DNA of 64,000 nucleotides from an uncultured Chthonomonadaceae bacterium. GTDB taxonomy: Bacteria; Armatimonadota; Chthonomonadetes; Chthonomonadales; Chthonomonadaceae. Both the position numbers and the translations under genes were made by a program. The notes below the pieces were generated by a model that made no database searches, was not told where the DNA came from, and saw only the letters and a list, made by a program, of their open reading frames with translations. Where the stretch lies: the NCBI GenBank assembly GCA_963817895.1, contig CAWFQB010000010.1, positions 1-64,000 on the forward strand, given 5' to 3'. Below, piece by piece: positions 20,049 to 30,243 of this stretch (position 1 is the stretch's first letter; each line of letters opens with the position of its first letter).

Positions 20049-20956
20049 TCGGTATTTTGCTGTCGCGCGGTACAGGGCAGTCATGCTGATGCCGAGCAGC
20101 GCGACTAAGCCCACGGCGAGCAGCAGGCGCGGCAGGGGATCAGGCGCGGGCGGCGGCACGGATACCAGCCCGCGCTCATCCGCCAAAGCGGGACGTCGGC
20201 ACATAGCGGCCATGTTCGGGCATCATGGACTGTTGGGCAAATCGGCGCAACTGACCGGGAACTTCCGGGCCGGAAATCGCCTGCCCGTGTCCCGCGGCAA
20301 CCGTAAGCGGTTCCAGTTCGGCAAGGCGGCGGACGGAATCCTGCGCCGATTCGTAATCGGGAGTCGCGGGCGCGGGCGGGCGGTTCAGTTCCGGCTTTTG
20401 CAGCAGCAAATCAATGGCGTTGTCCACATCAACCGTGACAAACGCATCCCCGGCAATCAGGGTTCGGTCAGAAACGCGAAACAGGGAGATATGGCCGGGC
20501 GCGTGTCCCGGCGTGAAATGCCATTCCCATTCGGGCATGAACGGCACACTGCCCCCGGCGGGAAGTTCGCGCAGATAGGGGCGCAGGTCGCGATAGGTTT
20601 GCGGAATAAAGCGCAGGGCAAGCGCGAGAAATCCGCCCACCGTAGGGTCGAACGGCGGATACAGCGATTCTCCGGTGATATACGGGAATTCCAGCGGGTG
20701 GGCATAAATGGGGACGTCCCATCTCGCGCGCCAGAGCCATAGCGCTGCCCGCATGGTCGAAGTGTCCGTGCGTCAAAATAATGGCTTCGGGACGCGCGTT
20801 CGGCCCATAACGCTGCTGCGCCGCGTGTTTGATGTACGCGGCAAACGCGGGTACGCCCGTATCCACGAGTATCCACGACTGGCCCGGTCGTCCCACAAAA
20901 TAGATATTGGCAATCGCCACTTGCAGCCGCGCAATATCCGGCGTCACTTCCTGCAT
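20016..20956 (-). CDS. MBL-fold metallo-hydrolase with C-terminal TM (frameshifted)
   Basis: LVDTG, THGHFDHAG, TPGHAPGH, AGDA, AGHG. Confidence 0.85.
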
Positions 20957-21333
20957 AACAGTCGTCTCCCATTCAAAACGAAAAGTGTTCTCCTCCGTGT
21001 ACTTGACGTTCAGACCGATGGACAGCGTTTCGTAGCCGTTTGTGACGAGTTGCCGCCGCCCCTCAAGTACCGTCTCACCTGTCAAAGGAGAAACCAACCC
21101 GATGGATTATAACACACTTGCGTGCTTTCGGCGTGATCGGCAGTAACTGTTGAGAGGGAACATAGACCTGAATGTAAAAAATGAGAAGTTTTCATTTATC
21201 ATTCGGTAAATGAAGGAGGGCAAAGCGGCAAACATGTCGAAATGAGGAATGGCAAGAATTTTGTATTGCAAGCATTGTACCGCGCCCTCCGTGAACAGCG
21301 CGAGGCGCGGCATCGCAGAAGGAGCATGGCATC

Positions 21334-22309
21334 ATGGAAATGGGAATCGTAGGCCTGGGCCGCATGGGCGGCAACATGGCGGAACGCCTGATACAGCGCG
21401 GGCATACGGTCGTGGGCAGTGACCTGGAAGAAGACCCGAGGCAGCGCTTGAACGCGCTGGGCGGCGTGGCTGTCGGTTCCACCACCGATCTGGTTGGCAA
21501 ATTGACGCAATCGCCCAAAATCGTCTGGGTTATGGTCAAAGCGGGGTTGGTCACGGATCTGGTAATCAACGAGGCCGCAAGCGGCTTGAAGCCCGGCGAT
21601 ATTATTATTGACGGCGGCAACTCCCGCTTCACCGACTCGCAGCGACACGCCACGGAATTGCAGGCTAAAGGAATTTTGTTTCTGGATGCGGGTACGTCCG
21701 GCGGCGTATGGGGTTTGCAGGAGGGCTACTGCCTGATGGTCGGCGGTGACGAGGGCGCGTTCAAAATCGCGGAACCCCTGCTTCGCTCCCTTGCGCCCGA
21801 AGGCGGCCTGCTGTATACCGGACCTGCCGGTTCGGGGCATTATGTCAAGATGGTGCATAACGGCATCGAGTACGCCATGATGCAGTCGTATGCGGAGGGC
21901 TTCGAGATCCTGAAAGCCTCGCCGTACCCCGATCTGGACTTGCAGCAAATCTGCGAACTGTGGCGGCACGGCAGCGTGGTGCGCTCGTGGCTGCTCGATC
22001 TGGCCGCCGATGCCTTCAAAAAAGACCCGAACCTGGATCAGATTACCGGCTATGTGGACGATTCGGGCGAAGGCCGCTGGACGGTCATGGAGAGCATCGA
22101 ACACGCGGTTCCCGCGCCCTGTCATCGCCCTTTCGCTGTACCTGCGCTTCCGGTCGCGCCAGACGGACAGTTTCAGCATGAAGGTGCTGGCGGCGCTGCG
22201 CAACGAGTTCGGCGGTCATGCCGTGCATCATGCCGCTGTCACGGCTCCCCACGTTCCGGGCAGTGAGACTGCGGGCGCTCCGGCGTCCAATACCAAGCAA
22301 GACCTGTAA
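21334..22309 (+). CDS. gnd: Decarboxylating 6-phosphogluconate dehydrogenase (frameshift near 22120)
   Basis: GLGRMG, IDGGNS, DAGTSGG, VKMVHNGIEY, DSGEGRW, LRNEFGGH. Confidence 0.95.
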
Positions 22310-22311
22310 GA

Positions 22312-22411
22312 GTTAGGAGGTTAGGGTTTTAAGGTTCTAAGGTTTTAGGGGCTAAAGGCTGCAAGTTCTTCTTGTCCTAAAACCCTAAAACCTTAGAACC
22401 CTAAAACCCTA
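22312..22411. repeat. Octamer repeat hairpin (GGTTTTAG/CTAAAACC)
   Basis: agggttttaaggttctaaggttttaggg ... cctaaaaccctaaaaccttagaaccctaaaaccct. Confidence 0.8.
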
Positions 22412-22423
22412 CTGGAATTAACC

Positions 22424-23032
22424 ATGTCACACCATAAAATTACTATTTCCATGCCGTCATTAGGATTGCTGGCGCTGATCGGAGTTTTGCTGGCGGGGGA
22501 TATGGCCGCGCGTTATGTGCGCGCCGAGCCGCCCAATGCAAGCCCGAAAGTAATCAGCGCGCAGGAGTTTCGCCTGACGGACGCGCAGGGCAACACGCGG
22601 GGAACCTTCAACATTCGCGCGGACGGCAGCCCCGCGCTGACATTGCTGGACAAACAGGGCAAGCGCCGCGCCGCCGTGAGCGTGACCGATGGCGGCGAGG
22701 CGAGTCTCGCGTTTTATGAGGGCGAAAAAATGCGCGCCGACATCGCCGTACTGCCGGATGGCAACGCGGGCCTGCTGCTGCTGGACAAGAACGCCACAAC
22801 GCGCCTGTCCTGCCGCCTGCGCGCGGATGGCACACCCGTAATCGCGCTCAACGACAAAGACGGCAAGTTCCGCGCCCTGCTCGACGCCCCCGCCGATAAC
22901 AGCGTGGGCCTGTCTCTGAAGAACACGAGCGGCAAAGACAGCATCGGTTTGGCTGTTCTGCCCGATGACAGCCCGCTTGCCGTCCTGAAAGACAAAAACG
23001 GCAAAACCGTCTGGGGCGCATCCGACAACTGA
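22424..23032 (+). CDS. Exported beta-repeat hypothetical protein
   Basis: N-terminal TM/signal; about 22-aa repeats of the form PxLxLxDKxGKxR. Confidence 0.75.
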   Translation: MSHHKITISMPSLGLLALIGVLLAGDMAARYVRAEPPNASPKVISAQEFRLTDAQGNTRGTFNIRADGSPALTLLDKQGKRRAAVSVTDGGEASLAFYEGEKMRADIAVLPDGNAGLLLLDKNATTRLSCRLRADGTPVIALNDKDGKFRALLDAPADNSVGLSLKNTSGKDSIGLAVLPDDSPLAVLKDKNGKTVWGASDN

Positions 23033-23066
23033 ACCCATAGAAAATGCAATCCCTGAAAGTAACAGT

Positions 23067-24437
23067 ATGAGCGACATTCTAAAGCAAATCTACAACAACT
23101 GTGACCCTAAAAAACCTGCGGAAGCGGAGTATTACGTAGATTGCAGCGTTGCGCGCGGCAACGCCAGCGCGTTGGCGCAGGAATTTCAGCGCAATCTGGA
23201 ACTTGTCAACGGTCACTTGTGTTTTCTCTTTTCTGGACACATTGGCTGCGGAAAATCCTCGGAATTAGCGGAGTTATCAAGGATACTCTCCCATGCGTCT
23301 TCGCCCCGCAAACGCTATTTCCCTGTGTTGGTGAACCTCAGCGATTATCTTGACGACTATGATGTGGCTCCGTCAGACGTACAATTAGCTATTGTTTCAG
23401 AACTGGCGGCTGCGCTGCACGAAGGCGCTCAGGTGAACCTCAAAGACAACTACTTCGTAAAACGTTTTGAGGAGATCAAACGCTTCTTCTTCAGCGACAG
23501 GGAAGTAAGTGAGGGCGAACTCAACCTCGGAATTGTCAAATCGAAATTGCAGCGTTTGAAGACGGACCCAACGGCTCGGCAAAATGTCCGCAATGCGCTG
23601 CAATCTCATCTCAGTACCATGAAGGAGGAGATGAACACGGTTTTCCATGAAGCCCGTCTTAAATTGAGGCAGATAAGAGTGGAACCGGGTCAGCAGGCAT
23701 ATGAAGATTTCGTGCTGATTCTGGATAATCTCGAAAGAATACGCAAGATTGACGGCTTTGCTGAAGGCGAGGCCTCGCATAGAGAGCTTTTTGTGGAACG
23801 TTATGCGCAGTTCACCGGCATGGCAGCGCATGTTATCTATACAATGCCTCTTCGTCTGGTACGGTCAGCCGATGGGCCGCAGTTGGAACAGCGTTACGGG
23901 CCTTTGTTTGTGCTGCCAATGGTCAAAGTGATGGAACGTGGAACGCGCGCCCCTTACGAAAAGGGCAACATGTTCCTGCGCGAACTGCTGCAAAAGCGTA
24001 TTGAAAACCATAAGTTGGACGAGGTATTCACGCCGGACGCGCTTGATTTTCTGCTGACGTACAGCGGGGGACACATGCGTAATCTGATGATTTTCATTCA
24101 AAGGGCCTGTACCTACACCGATAACGCGCCTATCGCGCTTGCGGCCGCGCAGCGCGCCATTGGGCAGGCGGTTCGCACATATAGCACGTCTATTCCTGAA
24201 TCGCACTGGATCAAATTAGCCCAATTGGAACGTTCCGCCGATCAGCAAATACCCAACAGCGACGAAGATTATCTGCGTATGCTGGAAAATTTGAGCGTAC
24301 TAGAATATGTCAATGGCGGAAGCGAGAACAACCCCTTTGCGCCAGCCGAACCCTGGTACGCCGTCAATCCTATTGTTCGTGAACTGCAAAAATTCCAATC
24401 GGCAAGGAAGGCGCTGGATACCCCGCCCCTATTATGA
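23067..24437 (+). CDS. P-loop AAA+ ATPase, uncharacterised
   Basis: Walker A GHIGCGKS, Walker B VLILDNLE, SGGHMR sensor-like motif. Confidence 0.85.
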   Translation: MSDILKQIYNNCDPKKPAEAEYYVDCSVARGNASALAQEFQRNLELVNGHLCFLFSGHIGCGKSSELAELSRILSHASSPRKRYFPVLVNLSDYLDDYDVAPSDVQLAIVSELAAALHEGAQVNLKDNYFVKRFEEIKRFFFSDREVSEGELNLGIVKSKLQRLKTDPTARQNVRNALQSHLSTMKEEMNTVFHEARLKLRQIRVEPGQQAYEDFVLILDNLERIRKIDGFAEGEASHRELFVERYAQFTGMAAHVIYTMPLRLVRSADGPQLEQRYGPLFVLPMVKVMERGTRAPYEKGNMFLRELLQKRIENHKLDEVFTPDALDFLLTYSGGHMRNLMIFIQRACTYTDNAPIALAAAQRAIGQAVRTYSTSIPESHWIKLAQLERSADQQIPNSDEDYLRMLENLSVLEYVNGGSENNPFAPAEPWYAVNPIVRELQKFQSARKALDTPPLL

Positions 24438-25981
24438 GTAATGTTGCTGAGATACAACTTGATCCATTCGCGCCGGCTGCGCCCGATGAGGAGATGGAAC
24501 TCGGCGCGCTTGCGGCTTCCCTGCGGCTTGCAGACGGATTTACGCTGCTGATGGCCCGCTGCAATCAGGCCGATCAGCGGCAACGCCTTGTCACTTCTCT
24601 GCGCGAACGTTTGCCGCAATTAAACATACAGGAAGTTGCGTTTCAAGAACCAATCACGCACTTGCTGGATGAACTGCGCTCACGAATCGAAACGCCTGCG
24701 CCGGACGCTATTTTCGTTTCGGGCCTGGAAAACTCGCTTCCTGTCGCAGCAAAGGCCGCAAATACTCCCCTCATTGCGAATCTCAATGCCGCCCGTAACT
24801 CCTTCTCGCGCTATATTCCCTGCCCGCTCGTCCTCTGGGTTCCTGAATATGTTCTAACAGCTATACTGCACGGCGCGCCTGATTTCTTCTCCATACTTTC
24901 CGGCGTTTATTTCTTCAGCGTTACCCTTGATGAAATTCATGCAGCCTCAAGGTTCCTGATTGCACTGGAACAGAAAACCGTTGATAACTTACCTGTCGCA
25001 GAAAAGCAGGGGCGTATAGCAAACATTGAGCGACTGTTGCAGGATTATCAATTGCTGCCACTTGCTCAACGGGACTACGATGCAGAAGCACGTCTGTTAG
25101 ATCAATTGGGGCATTTATACACTGTTACAGGCGCATGGGCTGATGCTGAACATTGCTATCATCGAGTACTTGAACTTGCCAAACAAACTGATAATGCCAA
25201 AGAAGAAGCTACAAGTTTACTTAACATTGGCAGGCTGTATGCTCAACAAGGACGTTGGAATGAAGCTGAGGAGTGTTATACACAATCCTTTGAAATTAGA
25301 CAACGGCTTAATAATGAAATTGGCGCGGCAAGAGTTCTCGCCAACATTGGCAGCCTCTTCTATGTTCAGAGAAGATTGGACCAAGCAACACAAACATACC
25401 GGTTGAGCCTGAGTATGCTTGAGCCGTTCGGTATAGAGGCAGTAGGCTGGCAAAGTTACAACAATTTAGGTAACGCCTACATCGCTCAACAACAATGGGA
25501 AAAGGCTTCTATTTCTTATCAGCAGTCTTTGCAAATCGCTCATAAATTGAGCGATTTGCACGGTGAGGCAATAGTTTTAAGTAATCTTGCAGGTGTCTGC
25601 TATGAGTTACAACAGTGGACAGAGGCTGAAGGATACTGTCAACAAGCCTTGCAGATTGTCCGATCAGTTGGGGATGTTCGTCAAGAAGCGCGCATACTAG
25701 AAAACTTGGGGCATATACATCAATCGCAAGGCAAGTTGTATGAAGCTGCCAATTACTTTGCTTCTTCTATCGCCGTCAGGCATAAAATTGGTGATGCTGT
25801 AGGTGAGGGACACACGTTGCATAGTTTGGCTATTCTACATACGCAAAAAGGCGAATGGGAAAAGGCATTGGACTTCGCTCAACAAGCAGTTTGTGTACTC
25901 AGAAACACAGAGGATACAAGCGAATGTGTTGCCGCGTTACAAACCTTAGCAGAAATAGAGAAAAGGAAGATTATCACGTAG
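24434..25981 (+). CDS. TPR protein with uncharacterised N-terminal domain
   Basis: ATGA overlap with the ATPase; about 7 TPRs in the C-terminal 300 aa. Confidence 0.85.
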   Translation: MSNVAEIQLDPFAPAAPDEEMELGALAASLRLADGFTLLMARCNQADQRQRLVTSLRERLPQLNIQEVAFQEPITHLLDELRSRIETPAPDAIFVSGLENSLPVAAKAANTPLIANLNAARNSFSRYIPCPLVLWVPEYVLTAILHGAPDFFSILSGVYFFSVTLDEIHAASRFLIALEQKTVDNLPVAEKQGRIANIERLLQDYQLLPLAQRDYDAEARLLDQLGHLYTVTGAWADAEHCYHRVLELAKQTDNAKEEATSLLNIGRLYAQQGRWNEAEECYTQSFEIRQRLNNEIGAARVLANIGSLFYVQRRLDQATQTYRLSLSMLEPFGIEAVGWQSYNNLGNAYIAQQQWEKASISYQQSLQIAHKLSDLHGEAIVLSNLAGVCYELQQWTEAEGYCQQALQIVRSVGDVRQEARILENLGHIHQSQGKLYEAANYFASSIAVRHKIGDAVGEGHTLHSLAILHTQKGEWEKALDFAQQAVCVLRNTEDTSECVAALQTLAEIEKRKIIT

Positions 25982-26021
25982 AAAACGAATAGCGTGTTAA
26001 TCTCTGAAGGAGAAGCTAAAG

Positions 26022-27581
26022 ATGGATACCATGACTGCACCTGCCGCTCTGCAACACCTGACGGAACCTGCCGACAACGCGCCGCCGCCCTGCGCGTTTG
26101 TGCTGTATGGCGCGACGGGCGATTTGACGCACCGCAAAATCATCCCCGCGCTGTACAGCCTGTCCACGCAGAACCTGCTGCCGAAGAATTTCGTCGTGAT
26201 CGCGTTTGCGCGGCGGGACAAGACGGACGAAGATTTTCGGGCGGATATGCAGGCGGCTATCAAGGAGTTCGCGCCCAAACTGCCGTCTGAGGGCGCGGAA
26301 TGGGACAAGTTTGCGCAGAGCATTTTTTACCTGAAATCCGGCTTTGATGATTCGGACGGCTACAAGCGGCTGGCCGAACGCCTGACGCAACTGGATCAGG
26401 AGCGCGATCTGGGCGGCAATCACCTGTTCTACCTTGCCACGCCACCGGATAACTTCAGCATGATTATCCAAAAACTGGGCGAGGCGGGATTGAACAAGCC
26501 GCGCCGCGAAGGGGGCTGGTCGCGCATCATCATTGAAAAGCCGTTCGGAACCGATCTGGATTCGGCGCGCGCCCTGAATAAAGAACTCGGCGGGGTGTTC
26601 GCGGAGAATCAGGTGTTCCGCATTGACCACTATCTCGGCAAGGAGACGGTGCAGAACATCCTCGTGCTGCGCTTCGCCAACCAGATTTTCGAGCCGCTGT
26701 TCAACAAGAATTACATTGACCACGTTCAGATTACGGTGGCGGAGAGCATCGGTCTGGAAGGGCGGGGCGGCTATTTTGAACACGCGGGCATCACCCGCGA
26801 CATCGTGCAGAACCATGCCCTGCAAGTGCTGACCCTGATTGCGATGGAACCGCCGGTCGCGCTGACCGCAGACGCCATTCGCGATGAAAAAGTGAAGGTG
26901 CTGAAGGCCATCAGCCCGTTTACGCCGGACGATGTGGCGAAGTACACGGTTCGGGGGCAATACGGGCCGGGAACCATGCAGGGCAAGGATAAAACCGAGG
27001 AGGTTCCGGGCTATCGTGAGGAAGAGGGGGTTGCGCCGGATTCTACGACGGATACGTATTCGGCCTTCCGGTTCGCGATTGAGAACTGGCGCTGGTCGGG
27101 CGTTCCGTTTTATGTGCAGGCCGGCAAGCGGATGCCCAAACGGGTGACGGAGGTGAAAATCTTCTTCAAGGCCGTGCCGGAAGTGCTGTTCGCGCGGATG
27201 GCGTATGCGAATATTCAGCCGAATACGCTGACGTTGCGTATTCAGCCGGACGAGGGCGCTTCGATGGAGATCAGCAGCAAGGTTCCCGGCCCGGAGATGC
27301 ACATTCAATCGGTGCAGATGAATTTCCAGTATGGCGCGGCCTTCAATGTGCCGATTCGGGACGCTTACGAGCGCCTGATTATTGACGCCATACGCGGCGA
27401 CGCGGCCCTGTTCACGCGCAATGACGAGGTGGAAGCGGCATGGGGAATCATCACGCCCATCATGGACGCCTGGCGCGACCTGTCCTGCCCCCTGTTTCCC
27501 AACTACGCGGCCGGTTCGTGGGGACCGGAAGCCGCCGCCAATCTGCTGGCAAGCGGGCAGACGTGGCATATTCCGAAGTAG
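26022..27581 (+). CDS. zwf: Glucose-6-phosphate dehydrogenase
   Basis: GATGDL, IEKPFG, RIDHYLGKE, DIVQNH, WRWSGVPF, AYERLI. Confidence 0.97.
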   Translation: MDTMTAPAALQHLTEPADNAPPPCAFVLYGATGDLTHRKIIPALYSLSTQNLLPKNFVVIAFARRDKTDEDFRADMQAAIKEFAPKLPSEGAEWDKFAQSIFYLKSGFDDSDGYKRLAERLTQLDQERDLGGNHLFYLATPPDNFSMIIQKLGEAGLNKPRREGGWSRIIIEKPFGTDLDSARALNKELGGVFAENQVFRIDHYLGKETVQNILVLRFANQIFEPLFNKNYIDHVQITVAESIGLEGRGGYFEHAGITRDIVQNHALQVLTLIAMEPPVALTADAIRDEKVKVLKAISPFTPDDVAKYTVRGQYGPGTMQGKDKTEEVPGYREEEGVAPDSTTDTYSAFRFAIENWRWSGVPFYVQAGKRMPKRVTEVKIFFKAVPEVLFARMAYANIQPNTLTLRIQPDEGASMEISSKVPGPEMHIQSVQMNFQYGAAFNVPIRDAYERLIIDAIRGDAALFTRNDEVEAAWGIITPIMDAWRDLSCPLFPNYAAGSWGPEAAANLLASGQTWHIPK

Positions 27582-27687
27582 GTTGTCAGGTTGTTAAGTT
27601 GTCAGGTTGTTAGTTATCAGGCATTGGGACTTGTTCGTTTACCTAACAACCTAACAACTAACAACCTGACAACTTAACAACCTGACA
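27580..27687. repeat. 7/8-mer repeat hairpin (GGTTGTCA/TGACAACC)
   Basis: aggttgtcaggttgttaagttgtcaggttgttagtt ... cctaacaacctaacaactaacaacctgacaacttaacaacctgaca. Confidence 0.8.
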
Positions 27688-27689
27688 CC

Positions 27690-28388
27690 ATGAAATTTAT
27701 CTTCTTCGACATTGGCGACGTGCTGTTCGATGAGAATGCGCAGCATCAGTATCTGTTCCATTCTATGCTGCTGGCGATGCGGCGTAACGGCGTGGACGTG
27801 ACGTGGGATGCGTACCATGCGCGGCTGCGGCAATGCGCCCGGATTGCGCCGGGTGGGGCCTACAACGATGCGGTTCGCGCGTTTGTGCCGGAGGCGGAAC
27901 GGGCGGAACAGATCATTCATCAGGGGCGCGGGGAGTACGAGGCGATGCGTAAGCCGCGTCCGTATGGGATGCTTCTGGATAACATGCTGTCTGTAGTGCA
28001 GGACTTGAAGCGCGATTTCCGGTTGGGAATTATCGCCAACCAGCATCCGCAGATTATGGACGCGCTCAAGGATTACGGCCTGACGCCGTACTTTGATGTG
28101 ATTGCCATTGATGAGATTGTGGGCGTGTCCAAGCCGGACCCGAAGATTTTCCAGTGGGCGCTGCAACAGGCAGGGTGTGAGGCGAAAGACGCGATTATGA
28201 TTGGCGACCGCCCGGACGTGGATGTTGCGCCCGCGAAAATGCTGGGCATGGGAACGGTTCGTTTTCAGCGGGGGCAGTTGTACGTGTATTATGACCCGCG
28301 AACGGAACAGGAACGCGCTGATGTGGTTGTCACCGATCTCAGCAGTCTTGCGCCTGCGGTTCGGGAACTTGCAACAATACGAGGTTAG
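27690..28388 (+). CDS. HAD family hydrolase
   Basis: FFDIGD, KPDPKIF, MIGDRPDVD. Confidence 0.9.
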   Translation: MKFIFFDIGDVLFDENAQHQYLFHSMLLAMRRNGVDVTWDAYHARLRQCARIAPGGAYNDAVRAFVPEAERAEQIIHQGRGEYEAMRKPRPYGMLLDNMLSVVQDLKRDFRLGIIANQHPQIMDALKDYGLTPYFDVIAIDEIVGVSKPDPKIFQWALQQAGCEAKDAIMIGDRPDVDVAPAKMLGMGTVRFQRGQLYVYYDPRTEQERADVVVTDLSSLAPAVRELATIRG

Positions 28389-28452
28389 CCTCAATCTTGC
28401 AAGGCGGAGGGCGCCCACCCGCAGGGAAGGACAGCCCCGTTCAATGTTGCGC

Positions 28453-29088
28453 TCAACTCTCAATCGTCTCTGCGCTGCGCAGCAGAATCGCTGCTTCTTC
28501 GGTTTCGGGGCGTTGGGCGACGGAGCGGAGGAGGGATTGGGGCGGCACATTGTCCGCGCTGCCGGCGCGGAGCAGGCTGGTTTGCGGTTCGATGGAGGCA
28601 ATGGCGTTGCGCACGGCGGGAATCAGGCCGATGCCGCGCACGTTGTCCAGACGATACAGCAGGGGCAGGGCGCGGCGGTCGCCGATACGTCCCAACGAGT
28701 CGGCAAGCGCGGCGGCGCGGTCGCGCCATCCCGGTCGCTGCGTTTCCACACAATGCTCCAGAGCCACAATCAGGGCGGGAACCGCGCTCACATCCCGCGC
28801 TTCGCCCAACCGTTCCGCCGCTTCGATGACATACGGCGAATACTCGCCCTGTAATTGCGGCGTCAGGGTTTCCGCCAGTGGGGAAAACTGCGCCTGCCGA
28901 ATATGCCGCGCCTGCCGCCAGCGCCGAAACAGGCGACGCAGGCCAACCACGCAGACAATCGCGCAGAACGCGGCAACCCCTGCCTGTCCCCAGGGATTGA
29001 CCAGCAACAGCACCGTCAATACCATGCCGATGCAAAGCAGGGTGAACGCCGCCATATACATCAAAAGGATGATTGCCAGATCGCGCAT
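28453..29088 (-). CDS. Membrane HEAT-repeat protein with LLR tail
   Basis: Two TMs; AAERLGE..AVPALI and ADSLGRIGDRRALP; three LLR motifs at the C-terminus. Confidence 0.75.
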   Translation of the reverse strand: MRDLAIILLMYMAAFTLLCIGMVLTVLLLVNPWGQAGVAAFCAIVCVVGLRRLFRRWRQARHIRQAQFSPLAETLTPQLQGEYSPYVIEAAERLGEARDVSAVPALIVALEHCVETQRPGWRDRAAALADSLGRIGDRRALPLLYRLDNVRGIGLIPAVRNAIASIEPQTSLLRAGSADNVPPQSLLRSVAQRPETEEAAILLRSAETIES

Positions 29089-29104
29089 AAGAATTGCTCG
29101 GGGT

Positions 29105-29182
29105 CGGTATTCGGTATTCGGTATTTGGTGTTCGGTAGCGCCTCATAATGCAGGCTTTCCAAATACCGAACATCAAACACCC
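29105..29182. repeat. Heptamer repeat hairpin (CGGTATT/AATACCG)
   Basis: cggtattcggtattcggtatttggtgttcgg ... aaataccgaacatcaaacacc. Confidence 0.7.
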
Positions 29183-29189
29183 GCATGGA

Positions 29190-30191
29190 TTAGCCATGAC
29201 ACTGCTTGAATTTCTTGCCGCTGCCGCACCAGCACGGATCATTACGGCCCAATTTCACCGGTTTCACAAAGGGCGTGGGCGCAGAAAACCCTTTATCTCC
29301 TGCCGCTGTTTCTTCTACGGATTCGCCCCCCGCAATGTTTTCCCCGCCCGCATCTTCCGCATCCTCTTTTGCCTCTTCCTCTCTTCTCTTCTCTTCTTTT
29401 CTCCTCTTCTTCTCCGCTTCCGGCACGACAAGCCCGAAATGCTCTTCCACGTCTTCCATGCCGACAACAGACAGGTCTACACGATCCTCGGCAAACGCCT
29501 GCTGAATCAAGGGCAGGCTCTCTTTGGCGTTCAGGTCGAGCAGGTTGCAGACGAGAAACGAGGCGAAAAGGTCGTCCTCCCCGGCGTCAATCAATGCTTT
29601 TTCCAGCAGGGGGACAATGGTGGCGCGTAATTCGGGATGCTGTTCCGCCATCTGTTCCAGGCTGTCGCCCGCGCCCGTGCGCAAATACGTGTCCCCTTCC
29701 GCATTTTGAAGGATGCGGCGCAATGGCTCGACAGCAGGCTGTCCCATCTGCGCGTAAAATATGGGCATCTCCTCGCGCAGCCAGTCGTCTTCATCGTCCA
29801 GCAGAGGCAGCAGGGGTTCCAAAGCGGCCTGCGCCGCGCTTCCCATTTGCATCAGGACGCCGATGGCATGGAGGCGCGTCCACAGGCGCGGATCGTCCAT
29901 ATTGAAATCGTCCGCGCTGGCATACTCCTCAAACGAACGGTCCAGGGCAATTCCCGTCAAACGCGCAACCGCCTCCTGCGCGTTGCCACGCTTCAATTCG
30001 TCTGCAATCTGCGCGTAGGCCGGGGCGTCGGACTCCACCTCTCCCAACGTCATCAGGCGGCTGTAGGGCGGGGCAAACAGATGCTGCGCGAGTGTGGGAA
30101 TGGCCTTGCGCTTCGGCTTTGGCGCGGGCGCGGCAGTCTGTTTCCCCTTCGGCTTGTGTGGGGCTGTTTTTTTTGGCGCGGCTTTCGGCAT
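29190..30191 (-). CDS. HEAT-like (DUF1186-type) protein with SEC-C motif
   Basis: [22 protein letters not shown]-terminus. Confidence 0.85.
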   Translation of the reverse strand: MPKAAPKKTAPHKPKGKQTAAPAPKPKRKAIPTLAQHLFAPPYSRLMTLGEVESDAPAYAQIADELKRGNAQEAVARLTGIALDRSFEEYASADDFNMDDPRLWTRLHAIGVLMQMGSAAQAALEPLLPLLDDEDDWLREEMPIFYAQMGQPAVEPLRRILQNAEGDTYLRTGAGDSLEQMAEQHPELRATIVPLLEKALIDAGEDDLFASFLVCNLLDLNAKESLPLIQQAFAEDRVDLSVVGMEDVEEHFGLVVPEAEKKRRKEEKRREEEAKEDAEDAGGENIAGGESVEETAAGDKGFSAPTPFVKPVKLGRNDPCWCGSGKKFKQCHG

Positions 30192-30243
30192 CGGAAAGGC
30201 TCCTTCGGCAAAATAGTATTATTAAAAGTATGTTATACCACGC

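Noticed and set aside
26016..27569. Long antisense ORFs (also opposite gnd, CHAT and others)
   Set aside because: Shadow ORFs of GC-rich genes with no recognisable motifs
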